From Podarcis gaigeae (taxonomy: Eukaryota), in NCBI GenBank assembly GCA_964106915.2, contig OZ066916.1: a stretch of 64,000 bases of DNA. One strand, given 5' to 3'. Positions 1-11,456 of this stretch are shown here, in pieces. Position numbers and translations under genes: made by a program. The notes under the pieces were generated by a model that saw only the letters and a list, made by a program, of their open reading frames with translations, did no database searches and had not been told where the DNA came from. Position 1 is the first letter of the stretch. Each line of letters opens with the position of its first letter.

Positions 1-595
1 TAATTGTATTAGAACTTGCGGGGAGGGATTATGGTTGCTTTATGGTTTTTTAAATAAAAAAATATGCAGCCACAAAAGGGAATGGTAGGTAAATGAGCAA
101 GTATTATTGTGAAATAACCATTGACATAAACCTAAGTGATGTGAAATCACAAATAGGTTAACCATAACTCTGTGAAAATATAACACTGCTACCAAGTATG
201 TTTGAAGTACTTGACAAGTCACTTCATAATGTTATTACAGAGTTGAGCAACTGTACATTTTCAGATATGGATGGAAATATTTGTTCCCAGTGTTAATGCT
301 AATACTACCACATAGTGGTCAGGTTTAGCATGAAGTGTGTTTGACAATAAATAATTCTAGGGAAGTTGGAAAGAATGGGAAGCCCTCACTAACCGCTCAG
401 ACTTTGCCAGCTCTGGAAGCAAAAATGCCCTAGTATTTGTAGTTCCAGTGATCAAATCATTACTACCGTATTTTTCGCTCTATAACACGCACCTGACCAT
501 AACACGCACATTGTTTTTAGAGGAGGAAAACAAGGGAAAAAACATTCTGAATGAAACAGTGGATGTATCATTTTTGGGCTTCATGCTGTGGCCAC

Positions 596-1129
596 AGACA
601 TGTGATCTGATGGTGAATTTGGGATGACCCAATGCAAAGATCCTGAGAATCCCTGTGGATCCATGCTCTGTAACCACGTTTTTGCACCATTGCAGCCCCA
701 GGCAACAGTGGGTGCGTGATTTTTTTGGTGCAGGCTGTAGCCATGGACATGCTATGTGATCTGATGGTGAATTTGGGGTGACCCAATGCAAAGATCCTGA
801 GAATCCCTGTGGATCTATGCTTTTTAACCACGTTTTTGCACCATTGCAGCCCCATGCAACAGTGGGTGCGTGATTTTGGGGGGGCAGGCTGTAGCCATGG
901 ACATGCTATGTGATCTGATGGTGAATTTGGGGTGACCCAATGCAAGGATCCTGAGAATCCCTGTGGATCCATGCTTTTTAACCACGTTTTTGCACCATTG
1001 CAGCCCCAGGCAACAGTGGGTGCGTGATTTTGGGGGGGCAGGCTGTAGCCATGGACATGCTATGTGATCTGATGGTGAATTTGGGGTGACCCAATGCAAA
1101 GATCCTGAGGATCTATGCTTTGTAACCAC
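596..1129. repeat. ~154-bp tandem repeat, ~3.5 copies, inside the MITE
   Basis: CCATGGACATGCTATGTGATCTGATGGTGAATTTGGGG recurs at 741, 895 and 1049 (period 154). Confidence 0.9.
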
Positions 1130-1239
1130 ATTTTAAGTGGGGAGGGAAGGAAAAACACAGAAGGGACAAGGAGCAGGAGAGGGGTGTGCAGAGAAGCAGC
1201 TGGCTAAGAATGCAGGAGAGGGGTAGGGAGGAAAGGAAG

Positions 1240-1382
1240 NNNNNNNNNNNNNNNNNNNNNNNNNNNNNNNNNNNNNNNNNNNNNNNNNNNNNNNNNNNNN
1301 NNNNNNNNNNNNNNNNNNNNNNNNNNNNNNNNNNNNNNNNNNNNNNNNNNNNNNNNNNNNNNNNNNNNNNNNNNNNNNNNNN
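1240..1382. other. Assembly gap (N run, 143 nt)
   Basis: Run of n. Confidence 1.
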
Positions 1383-4300
1383 GCACCGGAGCTTGCCTGG
1401 AGGGGAGGGGCTTTCCCTGCTCTTTGTTCCGTTTCAGCAAACACAGCAAGGAAACAGAGAAGGGTGGGCAGTAAGACCCTGAGGCAGAATGCAGGAAAGC
1501 AGCCGCTTCCTCTTTTCAAGTTTCGCTTCTCTGTGCAGCGTGCAGCCCCGCGATTTGATTTTTGCTTGATTTTTCGGCTCCAGGGACCACACATTCGCTC
1601 TATAACACGCACAGACATTTCCCCTTCCTTTTTAGGAGAAAAAATCTGCGTGTTATAGAGCGAAATTTACGGTAGTTCCCCCCATAAAATCTTGTGACAA
1701 TTTGGAGTTATGTTTATTTGATTCCTGAGTCTTTAGGATATTGGACTTTCTATTGTTTGCAACAAGGCGCCAAATCATACTTTTAACAGGCAAGGCTTGC
1801 AATCTTTTCACCTGTAGGTGCTCTGTGTACATAATTATATTACATTTACTATTATAATTTGTTATGGCCTTTGACTGTACTCCTGCTGCTCTCCTGATCT
1901 CATTCATCCTTGTGTGACATAAAATTGCAAAGAGACAAAATACAAAACAATGCAACTGGATTGTCTGGGGGTGTTTGCTCACATCCACCTGGACTTAATC
2001 CTAACATGTAGTCTATAGGACTCCAGATTCACTACCATTACCAATCGGGGGAAAGAATGTTAAATGGAGGAGTGTTGTGTCCCAACATCTTATGTGGTCA
2101 GTCCTGGACACTATTTCAATGGATGAAAAGGAATTCCTTGTTAAAAATGTGTTTTCCAACCTCATGGGGATGGGGTGGGGCCTGGAAACAGATAATGATT
2201 GCTGATTGGATGCATATGTCTCCTGGCTTGTGGCAGATTGTCCGCCAGAGACAGCAGCAAGAATGAGGGATCTGATTGAAGATTTTGTGTGCAAGAGGGT
2301 ATGGAGAGTGAGCTTACCCAAAGATAAATTTCTTGCTACCCCACCAAAGAATTTAAATCATCAGTGTCCTAATAAGTAGCATGATTTCAGTTACATTGTA
2401 CAGTATAAGCACATACATGAGCTCTGCATTTACAGTTACATATAAAGGTGATCAAAAGCTACAATGAGATTTAATAGTAAAAACAAAATGTCCCCCTCTG
2501 GTTTAGAAAAGCAGAATCAGAAAATAGCCAAACATCCCAAATGGATGTGTTATTTTACAGACTATTAATAATGATTTTACCTAATCCACTCTCAGTTCTA
2601 ACCTATGAAAAAGCAGCTAGCATAGTTTAGAGGAACAAATTAAAGAAGCATTGAATCTAGTGGATGTTATATAGCTAAGCTTTACAAAGAAGCTTAATTG
2701 CAGCCCCAAAATGGTTGCAGTAATACCCAATATCCATCTGTTATTATTCATAAACTGATATACATTTGGGAGTTGCTGGAAAATATGCTCTGTATATAAG
2801 AGAGCTTGCTTAAAATACTGAATCCAGCTTTTGCCTTTAAATCTGTTTATACAACCGACCCTGATGATGTTCCAAATGCTGGTGTGTGGGAGCCACACTC
2901 AGGGTGAAAAAAGAAACAAAGATTGCTCCGAACTATTTAGCATAGCACTTTAGCAGCAACAATAACATCTGTTCATTGAACATACATCATTAAAATGAGC
3001 CCAGAAGGCATTCACTTTTAAATGTACAAAGCAACATGCCTCTACAAATGTTATTTAAAATACATCGGGATTTCAACAGTGATAAATTCTAGGCAAATTA
3101 TCTGGTTGTATGGTTGCAACATAGCTTTGTAAACGATCTCTGACTGTGGAATGTAATGGAATAAAGTATTCTCCCCTCCAAGTTCCTTGGAATATAAAAA
3201 ATCATAACTTTCTCCATTCTTTTTCTTTGCTTACCTATGTGTGACATATTTGTGAGAAAAATGGTATAATGCTGATATTTTTGGGGGTCCTCTGGAAGTC
3301 TTTTTTTTAATTGTGCGTTCACAATGCTTTGTGTTCATGATGGTACTGGGTTGGCTAAACAAAACACTGCTCTCAATTTTGTTTGTTCCTGCAAACATTT
3401 TAGGGCACACATACTGCTTCATTTTCAATTGGTGCATGTCCTGTATCTTCCTGCTGAAATCCTGTAACCTTTTATACACAAATGTTCCAGTTTATTTTTG
3501 TCTGCTTTCATTGCACTATAGTGCAAGAGTGCCCCTTCAGATGGCAATAATCCAGTAACACTGGTGAAGCACCACTGGGGAAGCCCCACAGAACAACTAG
3601 TAAAGCTGAGCGATGTGTGGATAGGTCAGTATAAATCCACCACTAATGCAATATTATTGAGCCAATGAGATGTTGCAGAATGCACCCACAAGAAAAACCC
3701 AGTTGTATTTTGCAAATATGATTTTTGCCATTGAATTTAGACTTCTAGGAGAGCAAATACAGCCATAGGCATGAGGATGAACAAAGTTATATTTGCCTAC
3801 TTTCATTTTCTGTAAGGTATTTCAACTGTTAATAATTGGGAGTTGGTTTGCAATTTGTATTTTAATGGATTAGATGTAAATAAATGGGCATATTATCAAA
3901 ACATCAGAATCTATATGGGATAGGAAAGGAAAAGTTAAGATACACTACAATGTATTAAACAAAGCCTCCAGTCTTTGGGGTAAAAAACCCAAACATCTTT
4001 AATATTGCTCATTCCTAATTACTGTTACCTTAATAGAATAAAAAGCCTAAAAAAGAAAGGCTTGCAACCTTGTTGGCTAAAGATTTCTCTCACCAATTAA
4101 ATGTGGCCTGCAGCTATGGCCATGATCCAGAAAACCACCAAGCTAGTTCCATGATTCCAAGGTTGCTTTAGACTTGCCTTTCTTAAACAGCCCTCCGCCA
4201 TATGACAAATTGCTTTTGAAGCTGAAAAGTGTTTCAAAGGCTGTTCGAAATTGTGTGATGGCATGGGGTCGGCTGTTCAAATAAAAAATACACTGGGCTA

Positions 4301-4799
4301 GTGCAGGCTCCTGGTGTGAGCCCAAGCAGCTCTTTAGGTCCACGGCTAACACTGTGGGATGATTAACCTGCCAATTAAATTTTGCCACCCTTGCTTTTCA
4401 TCAGGTGAAAGAACAGAAGTCACAGTGTACAAAAGTAAAAATGCGCACAGAATCTGTGCAAACTTGTGAGGAAAAGGGAAAGAGTGAAACATATAGAAAT
4501 GGATCCCATGACTAACACTGAGCCTTTTCTCATCATCCAACAATTCCTTCTATGGGCAGGTGCATAGAAGTGTTGTAATGGACATGTCTGGGCCATCTTA
4601 TCTTAGTGTAAAACAACAAGATAGCGGTAAGCCTTGAGCCCTCTCATGCACTCCCTTCCTCCCTCGCCTGAGGCGGCCACCTCACTCTGCCTAATAGCAG
4701 GGCTGGCCCCGGCACAGTTCCGTCACCCTGGAGTGCAACAAGAGCTGGCTTATTGGAAAGCCTTTCCTATTGTGGCTGTGAAGTGAACTGCATCAATGT

Positions 4800-4900
4800 A
4801 TTTTCATTGCTGCCAGGGCAAAGAGAGAGACCTTGTGGGACACTGATTGCAGGATAACCCACAAGGTCCCTCTCTCTTTGCCCTAGCAACCAATGAAAAT
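4800..4900. repeat. Inverted repeat / long hairpin (~40-bp stem, 18-nt loop)
   Basis: 4800-4809 pairs with 4891-4900; 4815-4828 with 4871-4884; 4829-4839 with 4858-4868. Confidence 0.85.
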
Positions 4901-5599
4901 CTGGGCAAGGGTTATTATTAAGGAGATTGCAGCTGACTGCTTTGGGGGTGCTCTTATTTAACCATAATATCTTTTAACATATATTTTAAAATCTATATTA
5001 AATTTTACCCTTTTAATATGCTAAGTTCTATATAGGTTACATGTGATCAATGTAGTATTGTAAAGATGGTAGGCTTTACGTAGGATTCTTCCAGGCAGCA
5101 ATGTGATTTTTATTGCAGTATTTTATACTGCTAGGTTATCTTATATGTGAATGGCCTATGAGCCAAGCATTAATAAATGACATAAATGTAAAATCGTTAG
5201 CAGGATTGAAATATCACTTGTAGTTTAAGGTTGAATTCTGGACATAATGGAAGAGGTAAAGGATTTGGATTATCATAAAAGATAATAATAATAAGGAATA
5301 ATAATAATAAGGAACCAAAAAATAAAAGATGCGGGAGGAAAGAATGAATAATAGGACCCACAAAGGGGATGATGGAAGTCTAGGGGATTCCTTATAATCT
5401 TGTTTTTATTATTTATGTTTGCTATATCTCTGTAAAATTTTAATTTGAAAAACCAATTTTTTTTTGAGATTTAAGAAGGAACCAAAAAATAATAATATAA
5501 AAAATAAACGACATAAATGTAAGCATAAAACCTCTGGGTTGTTTTCGTGTGTGTGTGTGGGGGGGACACTTTTTTTTTAAGGATCTCGAAAGACCACGG

Positions 5600-6950
5600 A
5601 TTTAGCTTGCCCTCAACGCGGCAGCCCAGGGGAAGCGAAGGCACTTTGGTAGATGCTCGGAAGAGAAGGGGATGATCAAATGCGCTTGGAATTCGGGAAC
5701 GAGCCGAGCGCCGCTTTCTGGCTTCCTTCACCAGAGGAGCTTCTCCCGAGCAGCAATAACGTGAGGGAGCCTTGGCGGGGCGCCTGCCTCAAACCAAAGT
5801 CCTGAACAAAATCAAAACTTTGCGGTTCCCCCTCGCACGTTTGGTCCACATTTCACCCACCTCTTCTTCTTTTTTTTGTGCACCTCCAGCCCCCTTATCC
5901 CGCCCGTTTCCCTCTGCCGCTCATTACTTTTCTCCTCCGCCTCTTCCAGCGACTCCCTCCACTCCCCGCTCCCCTCACGCTCCCTCGCGCTATAGCCGTT
6001 CAGAACACCAACCGCCACAGGCACTAGAAGTAACGGAAACTCTGTCCGGCAGCCCGGCGCCTGCGCCGTCTCAGCCTCTTCGCCTCGCTCTCGCAGTGGC
6101 CCCGCGGGCGTTGTAGTTCCCTGCGCCGTTCACCTCAGGAGGGAGGAGGGGGAGGAAAAACTCCCCTTCCCAGCATGCCTCTCGGTCACCCCCTCCCACC
6201 TCCACCCCACTCCTCCTGTCCCATCTCGGGCGGCTGAGGCTTCTCAGTGTGTGTGTATGTGTGTACAGTAGATGGTGTGTCGCTCGAAGTGGGAGCGGCG
6301 GTAATGAGATGCGTGTGAAACCGCCCAGTCCCGGGAGGAGACGGAGTTTCGCCGAGACGCGAGTGAGTGGTCGGGAGTTGGAGGGATGAGGGGAAAGAGA
6401 GGGAGTCCGAGGGCGGGAGGAGGCGGAATGGGCAGAGGGGGCAACGTGGAAAGTTCCTCCGGTCGCGTCGGGGGCGGCAACACCGCCCTTCCCGGGTGGG
6501 TGGGGTGCGGGGAGGCGAAGCGAGGGCAGCGGGGGCGCCAGCCTCGGGCTGAGTCCCAAGCGACTCCCTCCTCCCGCGGTGACCATCCAGCTGTGGTCAG
6601 CGGAGGTGGGGGGGGGTCAAGAGGAGGCCGGGTGTGCCCAGATGTGGAGGGGCCGGTGACTCCCTGAAGGCCACATCATCCCTGCCCCCCCAGCTGTGAG
6701 GGATGCTTCCCGACGAGGCTGCCCCATTTTCCGGGGGGGGGGCTGGATTCGCCTCCTTTCTGAAGCAAATTCGTTCTCGCCCAGAGCAGTCGGTGCCCCG
6801 GGATGGAAGAGAGCTACGCGCTCCCGTCCTCATCCTCGCCTCCTCTGCAGCTGACGCCCCCTCGACTTTTGGAGCTTTAATCTGGCCACCAGCTTTCGCC
6901 TGAAGTGCTGCAAAGGAGGGTTCAAAACGCTGGTGAGAGGGATCTGGCGG
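5600..6950. promoter_or_regulatory. CpG island / PRKD3 promoter region
   Basis: Sharp rise in GC and CpG density versus the AT-rich flanks; GC boxes; ZNF143-type motifs at ~6096-6121 (- strand, GGAACTACAACGCCC) and ~6167-6180 (TTCCCAGCATGCCT). Confidence 0.9.
6070..6362 (+). other. PRKD3: Probable non-coding exon 1 of PRKD3 (TSS approximate)
   Basis: Inside the CpG island; strong donor GA|GTGAGT at 6362/6363; C-rich to G-rich skew switch; start position is a guess. Confidence 0.55.
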
Positions 6951-9900
6951 GGGGGAATGACCAATCTCCCCACTCCCCGCAGCAAGTTCTCAGCCTGGCA
7001 ACCTGTTGGATTGCGAGTAAATTAAGTAAAGATGCCCATGTGGCTTTAATGTGACCCATGTAACACTTCAGTGCTTAAAAAAAAAAGTTGTAAACTGCTA
7101 ATTTCAATGGGGGGAAATGTCCTCAAGCACAGGGACATGTAACTGGCTTGCGAAGCATAATATTTAGTGTGAAGAGTGTGATTAAGAGTTTTTCACTTAG
7201 TGAAGGGCTTTTGGGAATTGATGGTAATCTCATAATAAGGAAGCAGGAAATGTAGCTTTGGGGAGCAATGGAGGTGTAAATAGAGAAAGAAGTGAGTCAG
7301 TTCAAATTGTGCCTGACACCCACAAACCACATAGGGATTATGTTGTTCCCTATGGCGATTGCTGATAGTTTGGCTTTACCAGAGGCTATCAGGGTGTCTA
7401 AACTGCAAAAAGGACCGCAGTGCACTGGAATGCTGTGTTTTTCAGCTGGTGTCTGCAGTTGCTGAAACCTTTCTTTCTGATCTTTTAACTTTAAGCCCGA
7501 CATTTACACACCGGATTTTATTAACAAAGGGGGTTCCCTTTTGGATAGGTTGCATCTGTTGCAGTTAGGTCCACAATGTGTTCAGCAGTATAGAGTACAG
7601 TAGCCTGTCAGTGTGCCAAGTACCTTCCCAAAAACTAAAGCATACAGTGCACGCTTTCTAGAAAGTGAGAATTGTTGAATTCCAACTTTCTTTCAAATAA
7701 ATTTGCATAATTTTGGTCTGCACAGCCCCATTGTTAACTGGCACCTCTTTACTGTAAAACTTATTTCCCTGCAGCTGGCATAGTGCTGCATTTTGATTGC
7801 TATGTGTTTCAGCTTTAGGAACATTAGGAAAAGCTTCCAGAATAATCAGGGCAAAAAGTAGTTGTCGGCACCCTTCCTCTGCCATTGGTGGTTTGGTCTT
7901 GTGTGGCCCCTTGCCACTCTTTATTGCTCTAGGTGCCTTGGCCTCATAGTGGCTAAGGACACTCTCTGCCTCCCATGCCACTTTGTCTGCCTTGTGACTG
8001 AGGCATAGCAATCAAACAACAGCCATCTTTCCTCCCAGCTACAGAGCTGCAACTATGAAGACGACTTCTGCTGCACCAAGGTTTGAAAGAATGCTGGGCA
8101 TGTCATGTTTGCCAGCAGATGAGTGTGAAGAAAGAAAAAATGGAAGCCTACTTGTGGCTTTTGAAAGTAGTTTAGGCAAAGGCAAATAGCAGGGCAAATA
8201 GATCAAGATCTGAACTAGAGTGATTACATAAGGATTTGCTAGCTTCTGACTTTGCAACTGATTCTTTGAAATTTAGCTGATTTTTTTCTGAAGAAATTAG
8301 GAATGGTTACAAAATGATGTTCCCTAAGTTAATCATGTCTTTAGTCGTGAAGGAGTCAGTTTTGGTTGCTATTGCAATTTAGAAAGTGGAAGAGAGCCAT
8401 TTCTAAATTGAATGTATAGTCTGATCATTGTGGTTCTTCATCTCATAGTCCAAATTAGCTTGTACAAGGTTTAGAGCTGCACTGAAAGTCCCTTTAGGTG
8501 TAAGAGTAAATCTTGGAATGATGTAGGCAAACTCTTTCTTGACCCCATTTCTAGCAATTTCTCTTTATTTGACCACTTACCTTTCTTGCTCAACTATTTT
8601 TTATTTGGTCCTTACACTTGGAGTTCTTTTCCCAAAGTTAAAACTGCTGCAATAATAACCAGGGTACTTAAACTGGAGCAAATTGTAGTAATTGAAGAAG
8701 CATTCTGAAATTGTTAATTTAAATGACACAGTGCATTCCTCCTTTCTTTTGTTCATCCATTTATTAACTTAATATTGCCATGCCAATGAGAAATGACACT
8801 GAGTTCAATAATCCTAACAGTGCTCTCGTAAATGAATTTGCAATAAGATTCACCAGGCACTTCTTTGCATTTACCACTAAAAAGCTCTCTATATCTTCCT
8901 CCATTCTCACCTCAGTTACTGCAGCCTCTACCCCTCCAGCTGGCTCCTTACATTTTATTCAGTTCAGATTACCACTGCTAAAATCATGTCTTTCCCCTGT
9001 TGGCCAGACTCACTGTGTAGAGTTTGTCATATTTTCTAGAACAGTGTGACACCAAGTACTGTAGTAGTTTGTTACTTACAAAACACTGATATTTCAGATT
9101 TTCACCTCTGGATTTGCTGGAGTTTTCACTGGCAGTTGCACAAATATGCTCTGGCAGCTACTTTTGTAGTTATATTTTGTAAAGGGATGTGCCATTTTTT
9201 AGAGGCCTTGAAATGTAATAATTCATAATCAGTTTGTGAAACATTTAAGAATTTACAATCTTTTCTGCTAACACTACGTAGCTTTGTCACTTAGTCCGCT
9301 AAAGAGAAGCTTGTTCTAACATTGTATATAGTACCAATTGAATCAGCATTTAGGATTTGATATATCTGCAGTCTTGTTCTTCTAGCGTTAGCATACTTCT
9401 ATGCCAAATACCTTGTAAAGTAATATATGCCTGGTTTTCCTTTGTGTCTTAGACAAAATGGCTACTAATGAAAATACCTCTGATGCGTTAGTTAGAAATT
9501 ATATTAGCACTTCTTCAGAAAGGTTGAAACAAAAACATTGCCAATTAACTTTTAAAATTAAAAGTTAAAATGAACATGAAATTGCATATTGTTTTAGAAG
9601 AGACCCACCGTACTTTTCTTAAGTGTGCAGGAACATTGAGCTATGGTAGGGTAAAGCAGTGGTCCTTTGGACCATTCAGTAGTAGTCATTGTGGGAACTT
9701 TATCAATGGTTAGCTACAAGGAGCTGAACAAGGAGAGGAAGTGTAGGTATGTTGTGTGTGACTTCCAATGCTAGTGCAGCTAAAGCATGGCATGCACTTT
9801 CAATCCTTCTTGATTCTCTTAACATCTGAACTGCAAATGGGTGAAATGCATGTAGAGGGGAGGGATCACATTCCACTTTTTCCTGCACTATTCCTTGCAC

Positions 9901-10440
9901 TTTCTCTTTACTGCACATGCACTAGACTGAAAGCACAAGGTACTCCTTTTCAGTCCTGGATTTAGCACTGTGTTTCAGAAACACTTATAATTTCAGTGAA
10001 CTTTTCTACATATATTTAACTACTCCATATATCCGTATTCCAAACACCTTCATTGTGGACCTCCCACTCCCTGATGTTAAGACTTTTTGAATATAACTGT
10101 TTTCAGTGTCCCTTCACAGCAGCATTGTTTTTATCGAACAGCTTTGCAATCAGTGTGTTGAATATTATTTTACTGCTGCTGCTATGAGCCATGCTAGATT
10201 AGATGTAGCAGTTATGTCGAGGAGCTGCAACATCTTGTTCCTGATATAATATACATGGCAGCTCCCTAAAAGATAGAAGAATAAAGTGAAGTATCTATGA
10301 CTTAAGGAAATTAAAGCAGAAATAGGTTGTAGCATATGCATTTGGCCTCCCAGTATCATTTCTGCTTTAAGTAGATTGATTGTGGTGTTATGTAACATTT
10401 CTAGCATGTGTGAAATGTATCTTTTTTCCCCTTCTACTAG

Positions 10441-11165
10441 GCAGTACTTAACACTTCAAAATGCTGCAGACTACCACTGTGAACCCAACAATTCTGTTCC
10501 TTGTACTTGTATTCGTAGAAATTTTGTTCCTTCATTTCGTAAGATGAACATCTTCCAAAAATGACAACTCAGAGACCATTGAGTGGAACCTTATTTTTTC
10601 ATCTCTATTAAATGAAACAATAACATCTGAAAGTTGAATAAATTCATTAAGACAGTACTTTTGATCCAGGACATTATCCACATTTTTTAAAACTAACAAG
10701 AATATTGACATAAATTTGTAAGTTGAATCCTTGAGTGCAATACTTCGAAGTGTGCTGTTTAGCAGGTTTTTCTCCTCCCGCTGAAGCAAAGTCTAAGGTT
10801 GTCCTAGAAGTAGTGAAATGAAGAGGCTGTGTGAAAAAACAATATCTATTTCTGTTTCTGAAGAGAACAATTTCATAATGATGTAAGCCTCTCCCAACAT
10901 CTGGATGTGGTGCTAAAGGCAAAGCATTTTTGATCAGCTGACGTGAAGCTGTGCAAAGAGGACCTTCATTAAAATAGCTTCTTGCCAAAATAATCTTAAA
11001 CATCATCATGCACAGACTGAAAAGAAAAATGAAGATGACTGAGATATGAGGATGTTTCCTTGAACCTTGAAAGAGAAGTGTGAAATTACACTTGCAACAT
11101 TGCAGGATAAAGAAATAAAAGAATTTTCTTGACTATTAGGTCTTGACAGATTTAAATCAAGTCAG
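10441..11165 (+). other. PRKD3: 5' UTR portion of PRKD3 exon 2
   Basis: Strong acceptor cttttttccccttctactag at 10421-10440; no comparably strong acceptor before ATG 11166. Confidence 0.65.
10461..10547 (+). CDS. Candidate uORF encoding a 28-aa hydrophobic micropeptide (MLQTTTVNPTILFLVLVFVEILFLHFVR)
   Basis: First AUG in exon 2; A at -3; 17-residue hydrophobic run; translation not demonstrated. Confidence 0.4.
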   Translation: MLQTTTVNPTILFLVLVFVEILFLHFVR

Positions 11166-11456
11166 ATGTCATCAAACGAATCTTCTCCTCCATCCTTACA
11201 GAAGTTTTCCCCATCTGCGTCCCATGTTGCTGCTCCACCTACCCCTTCTTTATCTTCAAGTCCACAATCTGGACTCTCAGGCCAACTGTCCAATGGCAGC
11301 TTCAGCACACAAAGTCTCACCAACTCCAGGGGCTCTGTGCATGGCATCTCCTTCCTGCTGCAGATTGGTCTCACTCGCGAGACTGTTACAATTGACGCTC
11401 AAGATCTCTCCCTTTCTGTTGTCAAAGACCTAGTGTGCTCCGTAGTTTATCAAAAG
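11166..11456 (+). CDS. PRKD3: Protein kinase D3, coding exon 1 (N-terminus, start of ubiquitin-like domain)
   Basis: MSSNESSPPS...GISFLLQIGLTRETVTI...CSVVYQK; donor AAG|GTACAG. Confidence 0.95.

Larger units (their letters stand above)
466..1672. mobile_element. Non-autonomous Tc1/mariner (Tc2/pogo-like) DNA transposon carrying an internal tandem array
   Basis: TIR CCGTATTTTTCGCTCTATAACACGCA at 466 and its reverse complement ending at 1672; TA duplication at 464-465 and 1673-1674; extra internal copies of the TATAACACGCAC motif (~498, ~1601). Confidence 0.85.

Noticed and set aside
480-1129. Repetitive ORFs (HWVTPNSPSDHIACPWLQPAP...) and a CRISPR-like periodicity
   Set aside because: These are translations of the 154-bp tandem unit inside a MITE; there are no unique spacers and the context is vertebrate
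1-5600. Expected divergent neighbour QPCT (syntenic with PRKD3 in mammals)
   Set aside because: No QPCT-like peptide seen in any frame; it probably lies outside the window
5471-6903. Several Pro/Gly/Arg-rich ORFs up to 171 aa
   Set aside because: By-product of stop-poor CpG-island composition; no recognisable domain
8700-8900. AT-rich stretch that looks like a conserved enhancer
   Set aside because: Cannot be supported without a multi-species alignment
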